DNA of 64,000 nt. It comes from Fibrobacteria bacterium (GTDB lineage: Bacteria; Fibrobacterota; Fibrobacteria; UBA11236; JADFYW01). A model generated the notes under the pieces. That model made no database searches. It worked only from the letters and a program-made list of their open reading frames with translations, and was not told the DNA's origin. The position numbers and the translations under genes were made by a program. Location of the stretch: positions 21,488 through 85,487 of the forward strand of contig JADFYW010000004.1 of assembly GCA_015232855.1 (NCBI GenBank), given 5' to 3'. Positions 54,732 to 64,000 of this stretch are shown here, one piece after another; position 1 is the stretch's first letter; every line of letters begins with the position of its first letter.

Positions 54732-55061
54732 TGCTTCGGGTTTAGAATCGGAAAAACGAAATGAGTCCTTATTTTTTGAAGATAATTCTCGCCTGATTAT
54801 TTTCTAACCTGGTGACTCCCAGTTTTTCCAGGCAAGCTGGAATAACACCTTTCATAATGAACTCCTTGTAAGTTGACGTAATTCAGTTTGGGTTCTTTGT
54901 AAAAGATAATAAGACCTCCTCAAATTTTTTGTGGCCTATTCGAAAAGTTACCCTTTAAGGGGGCGTTTCACAGATGGTAATATATTGTTATTTTTCGACG
55001 ATTAGAAAAAAAACAATGATATTTACTTGCTTAAAAGGGATTTGAAAAAAAGCCGATAAAA

Positions 55062-55799
55062 ATGAATACCGAAAGAGATACTGATAAAATCTACGAGCAG
55101 CCTCAGTCAAAAATAACGCCCTTTTCATTTACTGATGAAGTGGCGAGTGTATTTGACGATATGGCGCGCCGATCCATTCCGTGCTATGCTCAGGTCCAGG
55201 ATGCAATAGCGTCTGTTGCAGGCAAGTGTTACAAATACAATGGTGTAATTTATGACCTGGGCTGCTCCACCGGTACTTCTCTTTACAATATTGCCCGGCG
55301 GCTGCAATCAAACAAATTAAAATTAACGGGTATAGATGACGCACCTGCAATGGTAAAACAATGTCGTCAAAAGCTGGGACAATTCAACCTTAAAGGACAG
55401 ATTGAAATCCTCCAGGGTGACATAAGTAATTTTAACTACACTCATGCAGAAATGTTTATCCTGAATTATGTGTTACAGTTTATTTCTCCGGATAAAAAAC
55501 CGGTTTTATTAGATACCCTTTATAGGGCCTTACCTAAGGGTGGTGTGTTATTCTTATCTGACAAAACCATACAGGAAACCGAGCAGCTGAATACTCTTTT
55601 TACCGATGTGTATTATGAATTCAAGGTTAATCAGGGATACTCAGAACTTGAAATTTCTCAAAAACGGGAAGCCCTTGAAAACGTATTGACCCCATGTACC
55701 GATAAGGAACTTATGGGGTTGTTAAAGAACGCGGGGTTCTCATCTATGGAAATAATTGTTAAACATCTTAATTTCACTTCAATTGTAGCAGTTAAATAA
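55062..55799 (+). CDS. cmoA: Carboxy-S-adenosylmethionine synthase
   Basis: F.F..EVASVFDDMARRSIP.Y, YDLGCSTG, GYSELEISQKREALENV. Confidence 0.95.
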   Translation: MNTERDTDKIYEQPQSKITPFSFTDEVASVFDDMARRSIPCYAQVQDAIASVAGKCYKYNGVIYDLGCSTGTSLYNIARRLQSNKLKLTGIDDAPAMVKQCRQKLGQFNLKGQIEILQGDISNFNYTHAEMFILNYVLQFISPDKKPVLLDTLYRALPKGGVLFLSDKTIQETEQLNTLFTDVYYEFKVNQGYSELEISQKREALENVLTPCTDKELMGLLKNAGFSSMEIIVKHLNFTSIVAVK

Positions 55800-55825
55800 T
55801 CCTTTCCAGTAGTAGAACTAAAAAT

Positions 55826-56842
55826 ATGAGTACCGATACACCGCAAATAATCAAAGAGTTAAAAAAACAGTTTTATGCAAGTTTTGTTGATGTGTTGGCA
55901 TCCCCAGAAAAAGAGTGCTTTGCTTCTTTGACATCGAAAATTACTGCTTTTGAAAACAAAGAATTTGCACGGCATGATATGCAACCTGCAATAAAAAGTT
56001 TTTTAAATCTGCCTGCTCTCAATGTGTCTGAATCCGTTTTTTATCAGGATGTGGTACAAATTGGTAACGAAACGGATCCTGGTGCTACTGGGTTTCCATT
56101 GGAACTTGAAACGCATTTGCAAAACCTTATTATCTGGCGCAAAGGTCCATTTAAATTATTTGGGCGGGATATTGATGCTGAGTGGCGGTCTAATCTTAAA
56201 TGGGATCGTCTTATCTCTGCGGTGGGGACCCTTACCAATGAACGGGTACTTGATGTGGGGGCAAGCTCCGGGTATTATATGTTTCGCATGAAGAGCTTAA
56301 ACCCGAAATGGGTGTTGGGCATTGACCCTTCTGCTCGTTTTAAATTGCAGTTTGAGACCTTGCAAAAATATGCTCAGGTAGCCGGACTCTATTATGAGAC
56401 TCTTATGATGGAAGATATGGATGTCTTGCCTGATTTTTTTGATACGGTTTTTTGTATGGGCATACTTTATCACCAACGGAGCCCCTTTGACGCCCTGACA
56501 ATCCTACGGAAGTGTATAAGGCCGGGGGGGAGGTTGTTCCTGGAAACACTTATTATTGAGAATGATGAGTTTCTGGCACTTTCTCCGGTAACCACTTATG
56601 CTAAAATGAGAAACGTCTACTTTATCCCAAGTGTAGCCTGTCTCAAAGGCTGGCTGCAAAGGGCGGGATTCAATAAGGTTGAGGTTATCTCAATTGATGT
56701 GACCACTCCTGAAGAACAGCGTAACACGCCTTTTTGTCCTCAACCGGCAGAGAGTCTTATTCATGATCTGGACCCGGATGATAACACCCGAACGGTTGAA
56801 GGATATCCTGCTCCGGTACGGGTATGTTTATTGGCCCGATAA
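55826..56842 (+). CDS. cmoB: tRNA U34 carboxymethyltransferase
   Basis: WRKGPF..IDAEWRS..KW, GIDP, MGILYH, YAKMRNVYFIPS, TVEGYPAP. Confidence 0.95.
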   Translation: MSTDTPQIIKELKKQFYASFVDVLASPEKECFASLTSKITAFENKEFARHDMQPAIKSFLNLPALNVSESVFYQDVVQIGNETDPGATGFPLELETHLQNLIIWRKGPFKLFGRDIDAEWRSNLKWDRLISAVGTLTNERVLDVGASSGYYMFRMKSLNPKWVLGIDPSARFKLQFETLQKYAQVAGLYYETLMMEDMDVLPDFFDTVFCMGILYHQRSPFDALTILRKCIRPGGRLFLETLIIENDEFLALSPVTTYAKMRNVYFIPSVACLKGWLQRAGFNKVEVISIDVTTPEEQRNTPFCPQPAESLIHDLDPDDNTRTVEGYPAPVRVCLLAR

Positions 56843-56852
56843 AAAGAAGTTT

Positions 56853-57080
56853 TCACCGCAAAGGCGCAAAGGACGCAGAGGACTCGCAAAGATTTTAAAA
56901 AAAGTTTGCTTTCTCAACAAAATCTGTGGGTAATGTTGGAGTTATGGAGCCTGTCTTTGATATCCTCAATAATTCCAATATACCAAACTAAGACAAACCA
57001 CCGCAGTTGAGGTTACCTACATAACAGTGTTTATTATTACCCTTTGCGTAACCTATGCGTCCTTTGCGCCTTTGCGGTTA
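56853..57080. repeat. MITE-like CGCAAAG-TIR element (copy 2)
   Basis: tcaccgcaaaggcgcaaaggacgcagaggactcgcaaag ... ctttgcgtaacctatgcgtcctttgcgcctttgcggtta. Confidence 0.75.
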
Positions 57081-57093
57081 ATTTTTTTTCTTA

Positions 57094-57528
57094 TTAATTA
57101 AAAATATTTATTAAGCGGACATCAATAATCAGGGTGGCAAAAGGACCTATTTTCGAACCTGCTCCCCGAGCGCCCCAGGCGAGGTCCGGCGGGATAAATA
57201 ATTTGTATCGGCTGCCCTTTCCCATCATCTTCAGGCCTTCCCGGTAACCGGTAATCGCCTCTGTTAAACTAAAAGAAACGGTGTCTGGCCGTTTGTAACT
57301 GTCATCGATAATCGTACCATCAATGAGGGAAATGCGTTGTTCAACTTCTACAGAATCATCAGGTGCGGGAGAGGTTCCTTTTATATCGTCGATGATTTCA
57401 TATTGCAGACCGGATTTGGTTTCGCAGACACCTGTTTTTTTCTTGTTTTTTTGTAGAAAATCGTCAGTGTTTTTTTTGTTGAAGCCTTTTGATCCCTTTC
57501 CTTTTTTTGATGTACTTTTTCGTCCCAT
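57094..57528 (-). CDS. FKBP-type peptidyl-prolyl cis-trans isomerase
   Basis: TKSGLQYE, LFIPPDLAWG, IGPFATLIIDV. Confidence 0.9.
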   Translation of the reverse strand: MGRKSTSKKGKGSKGFNKKNTDDFLQKNKKKTGVCETKSGLQYEIIDDIKGTSPAPDDSVEVEQRISLIDGTIIDDSYKRPDTVSFSLTEAITGYREGLKMMGKGSRYKLFIPPDLAWGARGAGSKIGPFATLIIDVRLINIFN

Positions 57529-57929
57529 TAATCCGGCCTTGTTATGGTGAAGGTTTTATCTGCGATGATAGTGTTATCAATGTATGATGTTAAACGCCAT
57601 TCACCAATTTTATCTTCAATGGGTTCCCATACATAATCACCAAGAAAAAAGTCCCAGTCGTTTGTTTTAACAAACACCTCCCCGGTGAACGGGGGACGTA
57701 TGTTCCCTTTATCGTCTTTAAAGGGTGGGTGATCAATTTTGAATGTTAATCGTCTCCCTTTAGCTTTGGTGATGTTAAGTATATATCCAAATTCTATGCC
57801 AGTCTGTGCCGGAACTGTAAGGAAAAAATTTTTAATGGACGGAAGTTCTTTTTTGGCATGGTCCCATGGGGAATAAATACCATAGCTGGTCATTATAATG
57901 TTGAACTTCTTTTTTCCTCGGCTTTTCAT
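57528..57929 (-). CDS. DUF3859-like protein
   Basis: SYGIY..WD...EFG..LNI.KAKG...IDHP...DW.F.LGD..WEP..DK.GEWR. Confidence 0.75.
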   Translation of the reverse strand: MKSRGKKKFNIIMTSYGIYSPWDHAKKELPSIKNFFLTVPAQTGIEFGYILNITKAKGRRLTFKIDHPPFKDDKGNIRPPFTGEVFVKTNDWDFFLGDYVWEPIEDKIGEWRLTSYIDNTIIADKTFTITRPD

Positions 57930-58080
57930 AATGTCTTATACATAAAATATATAAAAGCGGATACCTTGTGGGAATCTCTAATAATTTAAAGAATTAAAAA
58001 GGTCCTTGAATTCTCTAATTTTTGGTGGTATAATAAAATGAGAACCGGGCAATCGCGCTCTTTGGTATACAGGGGGTATT

Positions 58081-58494
58081 ATGGCGGATTCAGAAAACCT
58101 GAATGTTCTTCTTGTTGAAGATAATTTTGGGGATGTTCTTTATATACATAAATTACTGGAGTATTCTTCAGCAAAAATCGAACATAACTTCGAAATCAAA
58201 ACCTGTGTTTGTCTGGAAGAGGCTTTAGAAGTAATATCTCTGGAAGATATCCGTATTGTGTTATTGGATTTGAATCTTCCAGATAGCAAAGGGCTTGAAA
58301 CCTTCAAGCGGCTCCATAGGGTTTACCCTCATCTTCCGGTGATTATTCTCACCGGGATTAATGATGAACATCTCTCATTTGAAGCGGTTAATGAGGGGGC
58401 TTCTGATTATCTGGTAAAAGGCGAAATTGATGACGAATTCTTAATGGTTAGCCTGGTTGAAGCCCTGCAAACCAATACTATCGGATACGATTAG
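58081..58494 (+). CDS. Single-domain response regulator
   Basis: LLVEDN, LLDLNLPDSKG, GASDYLVKG. Confidence 0.9.
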   Translation: MADSENLNVLLVEDNFGDVLYIHKLLEYSSAKIEHNFEIKTCVCLEEALEVISLEDIRIVLLDLNLPDSKGLETFKRLHRVYPHLPVIILTGINDEHLSFEAVNEGASDYLVKGEIDDEFLMVSLVEALQTNTIGYD

Positions 58495-58548
58495 CTGGCT
58501 GGTTGGGCTGAGACGTCTAGCTAGTTACTGTTTAAAACTACTCCTTTT

Positions 58549-58695
58549 TCACCGCAGAGACGCAAAGAACGCAAAGTTTACGCAAAGAAGAAGGGTAATC
58601 CTTTTTTTTAATCACATACATATCAATATGTTACATTAAAATTTATTTTTAATATCCTTTGCGAAACCTCTGCGTTCTTTGCGCCTTTGCGGTGA
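58549..58695. repeat. MITE-like CGCAAAG-TIR element (copy 3)
   Basis: tcaccgcagagacgcaaagaacgcaaagttacgcaaag ... ctttgcgaaacctctgcgttctttgcgcctttgcggtga. Confidence 0.75.
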
Positions 58696-58754
58696 ATTTT
58701 GAACCGATACGAATTAGTTTTATAAACTCAATATTCAAGTATGAGTATGAGCAT

Positions 58755-58785
58755 AAAAAAAACGGCGGAAAGAATCCGCCGTTTT
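58755..58785 (-). terminator. Rho-independent terminator
   Basis: A8-cggcgga-aagaa-tccgccg-tttt, downstream of the 58808..60415 gene. Confidence 0.8.
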
Positions 58786-58807
58786 AAATTACCGTTTTTG
58801 GCGGAAA

Positions 58808-60415
58808 CTATTCATCCCATTTGATAAAGGGTTCTTTAATATCAACCATGGCATTAACGATAAGTTCTACCAGGCCGCCATAAATAAGATTCGACTTTTC
58901 TTTTGCATCGTAATACTCAAGAATGTCGCGAATCTGTCCCTTACAGTTTGAGCAGGGGGCGCAAACATATTTTTTTGTTTCCGGGCCTGGTTTGTCTTGA
59001 AATGCATTTATAATCTGGCGGAATTTTTTCCGGCCGGAAAGAGAAATACGCCAGTCAGCAAAATTATTACCAGACATAATTGCAAAACCACTTCCTCCAC
59101 CACAACAATAATTCTCCACGCCATGGGGAGTCATTTCGCGGAACTGCGGGCAGATATGCCTGAGAATGCGGCGTTGTGGTTCAATGATTCCCAGGTTTCT
59201 GGTGATATTACAGGGGTCATGCAAGGTGACGGGAAAATCGTTTTTAGACGGGTCGAGTTTAATTTTGCCACTAAAGACTATTTCTTCTAAGAATGGTATG
59301 CAGCTTTCTTTGCGAACATTCATATCACCAATCAGGATACGATCAGAGATAGTCATCATCGCTTTGTGCTGATGACCACATTCACCCATGAGTACTTTCT
59401 TTACTTTTAATTTTTTGGCGGTTGCCGCATGTTTAAGAGCAATACGGGCCAACTGAAAATCATCATAAAAAAGGCCGTAATTAACTCCGTCGTAACCGGG
59501 GGACTCAGATGACAGGGTCCAATTAACACCCGCAGCATTCATAATGATAGCAAAGGCAGCAGGGTTTTCTGGCCAGGCCATAATTTCACCTGCGTTATGA
59601 AGCATAAGTACGTCAGCACCTTCCACATCCCATTTTGAATTCGCATCTAATCCACTGAGTTCTGAAAAATCTTCATCAACGAATTCCATGTTATCTTTTA
59701 CAACAAGAGGGCTCATACCGGTAGAAGAGCCTACTTTGAGCTGCTGCACAGTTCCTTTTTCATGTAACTCAGAAGGGGCCCAACCGAGTTCCTGGCTGAA
59801 CATTTTACGGAGTTCATGAGTGACCAGAGCATTATCTACTCCCATTGGGCAGGCCTGAGCACAGCGACGACACATGGTACAGCGGTAAGCAAGCTCATAC
59901 AGACGGGAAATGGTGGTCCAGTTAAGGTCAATATCACCATGTTTGAATTTGGTCATGAGTGGATGACTCTTTTTGGCGTATTTATACACAAGACGACGCC
60001 ATATTTCAGCCCGATAGGTAGGACGGTAAACGTCATTTTTTCCACTTTCAGTATATACCGGACAGGAATCGTTACAGGTCTGGCATTTGGCACAGTATTC
60101 TAGTGTAAGGCTAAGGGGTTGTAAAAAGCCCCAGTTATTTTCTTTGGTCAGGAGTTTTTGTAGCCCTGAAACAAATTTATCAACCAGTTCTTTTTCTTCT
60201 TCCGCTGAAGCCGGTTTTGGCAGGCTGAGACCTACAAAGCCATCGAGATTACAGGCCATGTCTTTTTTCTTTTCTTCCGGGATTTCTTTCCAGGTGGGTT
60301 GTTCCTCCAGTTTATCGTAAGGAGGAGGAAGTGGTGGAAGGTCTTCAAGTTTTACCTCTGTGAGTGGCTGCTCAGGGTTTTTGCCAAAATCTTCTATTTT
60401 TTGTGATTTTTTCAT
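58808..60415 (-). CDS. DsrK/TmcB-like (HdrD-type) Fe-S oxidoreductase
   Basis: CAKCQTCNDSCP, CTMCRRCAQACP, GECGH, HDPC, CCGGGSG, PCSNC. Confidence 0.85.
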   Translation of the reverse strand: MKKSQKIEDFGKNPEQPLTEVKLEDLPPLPPPYDKLEEQPTWKEIPEEKKKDMACNLDGFVGLSLPKPASAEEEKELVDKFVSGLQKLLTKENNWGFLQPLSLTLEYCAKCQTCNDSCPVYTESGKNDVYRPTYRAEIWRRLVYKYAKKSHPLMTKFKHGDIDLNWTTISRLYELAYRCTMCRRCAQACPMGVDNALVTHELRKMFSQELGWAPSELHEKGTVQQLKVGSSTGMSPLVVKDNMEFVDEDFSELSGLDANSKWDVEGADVLMLHNAGEIMAWPENPAAFAIIMNAAGVNWTLSSESPGYDGVNYGLFYDDFQLARIALKHAATAKKLKVKKVLMGECGHQHKAMMTISDRILIGDMNVRKESCIPFLEEIVFSGKIKLDPSKNDFPVTLHDPCNITRNLGIIEPQRRILRHICPQFREMTPHGVENYCCGGGSGFAIMSGNNFADWRISLSGRKKFRQIINAFQDKPGPETKKYVCAPCSNCKGQIRDILEYYDAKEKSNLIYGGLVELIVNAMVDIKEPFIKWDE

Positions 60416-61317
60416 TTGTCCATCTCCTCGGTTGCGATGTCAACCCATGTTTTTTTGCCGTCTGCCTTAAGATGTGGAGCAGACCAGGTTGGCGATTGGC
60501 TTAGTAATTCACCAACCTCTTTTTCCATTTTATCGTTCCCTGGCATGGGAGTATCATTCCATCTGATTTCGTGATAAGTAAAGTATTTTGCAACAAAGTG
60601 CATCATATATGTGAAAGGCAGGTATATGAGAAATGCAGAAGCAAGTATAACATGCAGACCCATGATTCCAGGAAGGGCGGGTGGGCTAAAAGTAACCATG
60701 CCCTGGATAAAACCGGTCATTTGAGCTGCATAATTTGAGATGCTAAAAATTGCTGCAAGACCAGATACGTATATGCTCCCAAGAAATACAAGATTGATAA
60801 TATGGGAAGGGGTTGTAAAAGGTTTTAAAACAGGGTCGGTGAGACGCTGAATGCATAATCCAATCACACCAAATGCTCCCAGACCGTAAGCTATTACACT
60901 TACTCCAATCGCCAATGATGCAATCGCGCTGGTATTTGTACCCGTAAAGCCAATAAAGGCGCTGAGTTTAAAAAGGGCAACCGCTACAACAACCAGATAG
61001 AGTCCACCAAAATGAAAGGGAAAAGAAAAATACCACATACGGCGGTTATTTTCCCAGACACCCTTTAGGAAGATTATTTCAAGGAACATATACCAAAATT
61101 CATTCAATAAGGACTTTTCTCTGGGTTTGGTCCACCATTCAAATTCTTCGAGGTAAGAACCACCATAAGAAGCCTTGCCCTTTTCGTGGGGCACCGGGGA
61201 CAATTCCCAACGTAAGTGTATTGGTAACTTTGCGATTTTAAGCCCTCGTTTAATAAGACCAACCACAAATACTGCTACCGCTAGATAGAGTATTATCATG
61301 AGTAAAGAACCTGGCAT
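60412..61317 (-). CDS. DsrM/TmcC-like (NarI family) membrane cytochrome b
   Basis: HLRWELSPVPHE, FPFHFG, LH....YLPFTYMMHF. Confidence 0.8.
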   Translation of the reverse strand: MPGSLLMIILYLAVAVFVVGLIKRGLKIAKLPIHLRWELSPVPHEKGKASYGGSYLEEFEWWTKPREKSLLNEFWYMFLEIIFLKGVWENNRRMWYFSFPFHFGGLYLVVVAVALFKLSAFIGFTGTNTSAIASLAIGVSVIAYGLGAFGVIGLCIQRLTDPVLKPFTTPSHIINLVFLGSIYVSGLAAIFSISNYAAQMTGFIQGMVTFSPPALPGIMGLHVILASAFLIYLPFTYMMHFVAKYFTYHEIRWNDTPMPGNDKMEKEVGELLSQSPTWSAPHLKADGKKTWVDIATEEMDK

Positions 61318-61327
61318 AATTTCCTCC

Positions 61328-61846
61328 TTATTGTTCTTGTGTCCAATTGTTTGTCATTTCTTCAAGTTTATTTCGAAGCTCTTCTTTGCTGGTGCCATGT
61401 ACAAGCTGTTTTACATCTTCTGTACATTGTGAACCAAATCGGTAAACGATGCAGGTACGGCAGTTTTTTGCATTATTGCCATCGCCTTCCTTATTTTTAA
61501 TCATCCAACAGGGTTTGGTGGTTTCTTTAAAAGCCGGGCAAGTCCGCGTTGTATTTTTTTGAGGACAAGAAATAATATCCCAACAAGGTAAAAAGGATTG
61601 CAACCGGCGTATTCCTTCCACATTGAGTCCTACGACCTGAATCATATGCTGGATTATCCGAAGTCGCTCTATATCTTCAAGTGAAAATAATCTATGGCCG
61701 GATTCAGCTCTAAAAGGGATAATAAGGCCATCAGCTTCATATTTCCGTATAGTAGAAACCGAAACCTTAAGTCTTTCTGCTACGGTACCAATTGAAATTA
61801 CCGGATCAGTTATGATATGTTTGGGATGAGCCATAACTTTTGTCAA
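61328..61846 (-). CDS. MerR-family regulator with Cys-rich (two-CW-type) C-terminal domain
   Basis: SIGTVAERLKVSVSTIRKYE..GLI.P.R...GHRLFS; CW...CP...CPAF...PCW...CRTC. Confidence 0.85.
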   Translation of the reverse strand: MTKVMAHPKHIITDPVISIGTVAERLKVSVSTIRKYEADGLIIPFRAESGHRLFSLEDIERLRIIQHMIQVVGLNVEGIRRLQSFLPCWDIISCPQKNTTRTCPAFKETTKPCWMIKNKEGDGNNAKNCRTCIVYRFGSQCTEDVKQLVHGTSKEELRNKLEEMTNNWTQEQ

Positions 61847-61946
61847 ATTATAGGATATCTATATTTTAAAATCAAGGTATTCTCTTTGGCATATTTGGCA
61901 AAAAACTCAATTTGACTTTCAATATTTTAGTAATTACACTTAACTT

Positions 61947-62360
61947 ATGATTAAATTTTCAACAAAAGGCCGATATGCTTTACGTGCACTGGTTGATTTA
62001 GCTGAGTGCTCCGAAAGCCAGGGAAATGTAAAAAAGAACGTAACCATTAAAGAAATTGCCGAACGCCAGGATATTTCTATAAAATATCTGGAAGCACTCT
62101 TTCACACCTTGAAATCTGCTGGCATTATCAAAAGCCGGAGAGGGGCTCAAGGGGGTTATATTCTCGCCAGACCACCCGCAAAGATTTCTGCATTTGAGGT
62201 GGAAAAAGCAATCGAAGGTCCAATTTCGGTTGTGGAGTGTTGCACGAGTAAAAATTTTTGTGGAAGGTCAAAAAAATGCAAGACAAAAAATCTATGGAAT
62301 GAAATTAATGAAAGTATTATTTCTATCCTAAAAAAAACAACCGTTGCAGATTTACTGTAA
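61947..62360 (+). CDS. Rrf2-family transcriptional regulator (IscR-like, Cys-ligated)
   Basis: STKGRYALRALVDLA, IAERQDIS..YLE, SRRGAQGGY, CC..C..C. Confidence 0.92.
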   Translation: MIKFSTKGRYALRALVDLAECSESQGNVKKNVTIKEIAERQDISIKYLEALFHTLKSAGIIKSRRGAQGGYILARPPAKISAFEVEKAIEGPISVVECCTSKNFCGRSKKCKTKNLWNEINESIISILKKTTVADLL

Positions 62361-62384
62361 TTGTTTTTTTTGAGTGTCGGATCG

Positions 62385-63701
62385 CTAAAATATTTTATCC
62401 GCGTTTGTCTTTTTTATATCCTTAAAAACATCTTTTACATTAAAAAAAGAGTCTACCAATTCAGGTGCGAATTGTCTCTTGCTTGCTTCGATAATTGTGG
62501 TGGCTTTATCATGGCTCATCTTTGGCCGGTAGGGCCTGTCTGATGTTAATGCGTCATAGGTGTCGCATAATCTGATGGCACGGGCTGAGAAGGGGATTTC
62601 CTTACCTTTACGCCGTTGTATGTAACCCTGACCGTCCCATTGCTCATGATGAAATCTGGCGCCTTGCTCGGCAAGATCAAAAATGGATCGGGTACCGGGG
62701 TAAATGGCAGACCATTTTTCTTTTAAGGTAGATAAGAGATCTGCACCAATAATTACATGCTGTTTAATGGCGTTCATATCGTCTCCACTCAACCGTGCTT
62801 TTTTATTTAACAAATTTGCGTCAAGGCCCATATTGCCGATGTCATGCAGCATACTAGCGAGTTTGATGTCTCTGATATAATCAGCAGAGAAATAATTTTC
62901 ACATTGCGGATCTTTGCTTTTAAGGTTTTGGCAAAGTTCTTCAACATAGAGCGGCATACGATGGAGGTGGTTGGTAAGATATTTGGTATTAAAAAGAAAT
63001 ATATCTGCCCAATTAAGTATGGTCTGATAAAACAAGTGGTAAAAAGCTGTATTTTTTTTTGAAAGATCGTTGTCTTTCGTCTTGGAAAATTCAACACAGC
63101 TTCCGCCTAAACTATGTTTAATATAATCCATGTGTTTTTTTGTGTAAGCAATACCACCACTCGATTTCTTTGATAAAACATCAAAACCCATACCTTCATC
63201 CTGAATTTTGATTTTAATACTTTCATAATTAATAAAGCAAGTAGTGGTGATTTTCTTGTTATCACTGTTTTTATTCCCGTGTTCCAGGGCATTTTTGTAC
63301 AACCTTGAAAAGCAGTCAAGAATGAGTTTGATGTCATCATGGTTAAATCGATATTGTTGACAAACATTTTCAATATTTGAATTTATCCAGATAGCATCGT
63401 CAATATCAGAAGATTTATAGGTTTGATGAAAAACTTCAACATTTGAATAAATATGATCAATGATATTGGAAATATTAGGTAATTCTATTTCTCTGAAAAG
63501 GTCTACTATTTTTATGTTTAGAGTGTTTGCAATGCGGACAATAATATCTAAAGTGGGATTGTTGCTTTTTGCCCCGGATTCAATAGCGGCGTAATAACCA
63601 GAAGAAATACCGGCTTTTTGAGAAAAATCCAGCTGAGAATAACCGGCAGCCTTACGCAACTTTTTAATTTGTTGCCGGAACTCTTCATTGATGTTTAACA
63701 T
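62385..63701 (-). CDS. XRE HTH - RsbW-like HATPase - HD-GYP phosphodiesterase fusion
   Basis: IKKLRK..GYSQ...IESG..NPTL; NALEHGN...DEGMGFD; LHDIG, HHEQWDGQGY, DTYDALTSDRPYR. Confidence 0.8.
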   Translation of the reverse strand: MLNINEEFRQQIKKLRKAAGYSQLDFSQKAGISSGYYAAIESGAKSNNPTLDIIVRIANTLNIKIVDLFREIELPNISNIIDHIYSNVEVFHQTYKSSDIDDAIWINSNIENVCQQYRFNHDDIKLILDCFSRLYKNALEHGNKNSDNKKITTTCFINYESIKIKIQDEGMGFDVLSKKSSGGIAYTKKHMDYIKHSLGGSCVEFSKTKDNDLSKKNTAFYHLFYQTILNWADIFLFNTKYLTNHLHRMPLYVEELCQNLKSKDPQCENYFSADYIRDIKLASMLHDIGNMGLDANLLNKKARLSGDDMNAIKQHVIIGADLLSTLKEKWSAIYPGTRSIFDLAEQGARFHHEQWDGQGYIQRRKGKEIPFSARAIRLCDTYDALTSDRPYRPKMSHDKATTIIEASKRQFAPELVDSFFNVKDVFKDIKKTNADKIF

Positions 63702-64000
63702 GGCGACCCAAAACTCCTTCTGGTGTGCTTACCGGCGTTATTGCAGTATTGCTTTTGTGATTATCTAATCTTGGTGCTAATTTTTACTTTATAACAGGTT
63801 CGTATTGATAACACCACATAAAAACTAATATTTACGGATAGTCATGTAAAGAATAATTGAAAATTAGGTTTCTTGTTTTCTATACATCTGTTGAATATGT
63901 ATTTGTTGCTTTTATTGAGTGAAAGATGAAATTACTCAATAACTCCTGGTTAAAGACGGAAGGCTGTTCTGTGTGGTTAAATTAATTGTGTGTATGTATA

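Noticed and set aside
58808..61317. Dissimilatory sulfite reduction (dsr) operon
   Set aside because: Only MK-like genes, with no dsrAB, dsrC or dsrJOP in the window

Overview
Bacterial window from a probable anaerobe. Secreted proteins with C-terminal sorting-like domains suggest an FCB-group host, possibly Fibrobacterota (inference only). The highlight is a compact 8-gene minus-strand operon at 40991-46048 that resembles a reduced magnetosome gene cluster. It encodes MamB-like and MamM-like CDF transporters with altered metal sites, a MamP-like module split into a TM-PDZ protein and a TM-double-magnetochrome protein carrying three 28-aa Cys-rich repeats, a NapH/Mad6-like polyferredoxin with a 46-aa CxxC partner missed by the ORF track, a tetra-CxxC membrane protein and a membrane-anchored NifB/NifX protein. 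No mamA/K/Q/I/L/O or protease-type mamE gene is present in the window. The operon has a sigma54 promoter and paired ATTGCA-N4-TGCAAT-type sites. These elements are shared with a surrounding Orange-Protein-like regulon (21-46 kb) containing three OrpR-like PAS(C-X8-C-X3-C) sigma54 activators, NifB/NifX and DUF5320 genes, an Hmc-like redox complex and a hybrid kinase fused to a degenerate AAA+ activator domain. Also present: an MNIO (DUF692/DUF2063) RiPP locus with a lipoprotein bufferin-like precursor, a GltD-fused formate dehydrogenase-like enzyme, a DsrMK/TmcBC-like pair with MerR and Rrf2 regulators, a VapBC-type TA pair, cmoAB, an XRE-HATPase-HD-GYP fusion and several families of small palindromic repeats. 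No rRNA, tRNA, CRISPR array or transposase was recognised. All calls come from motif reading; no database search was run.
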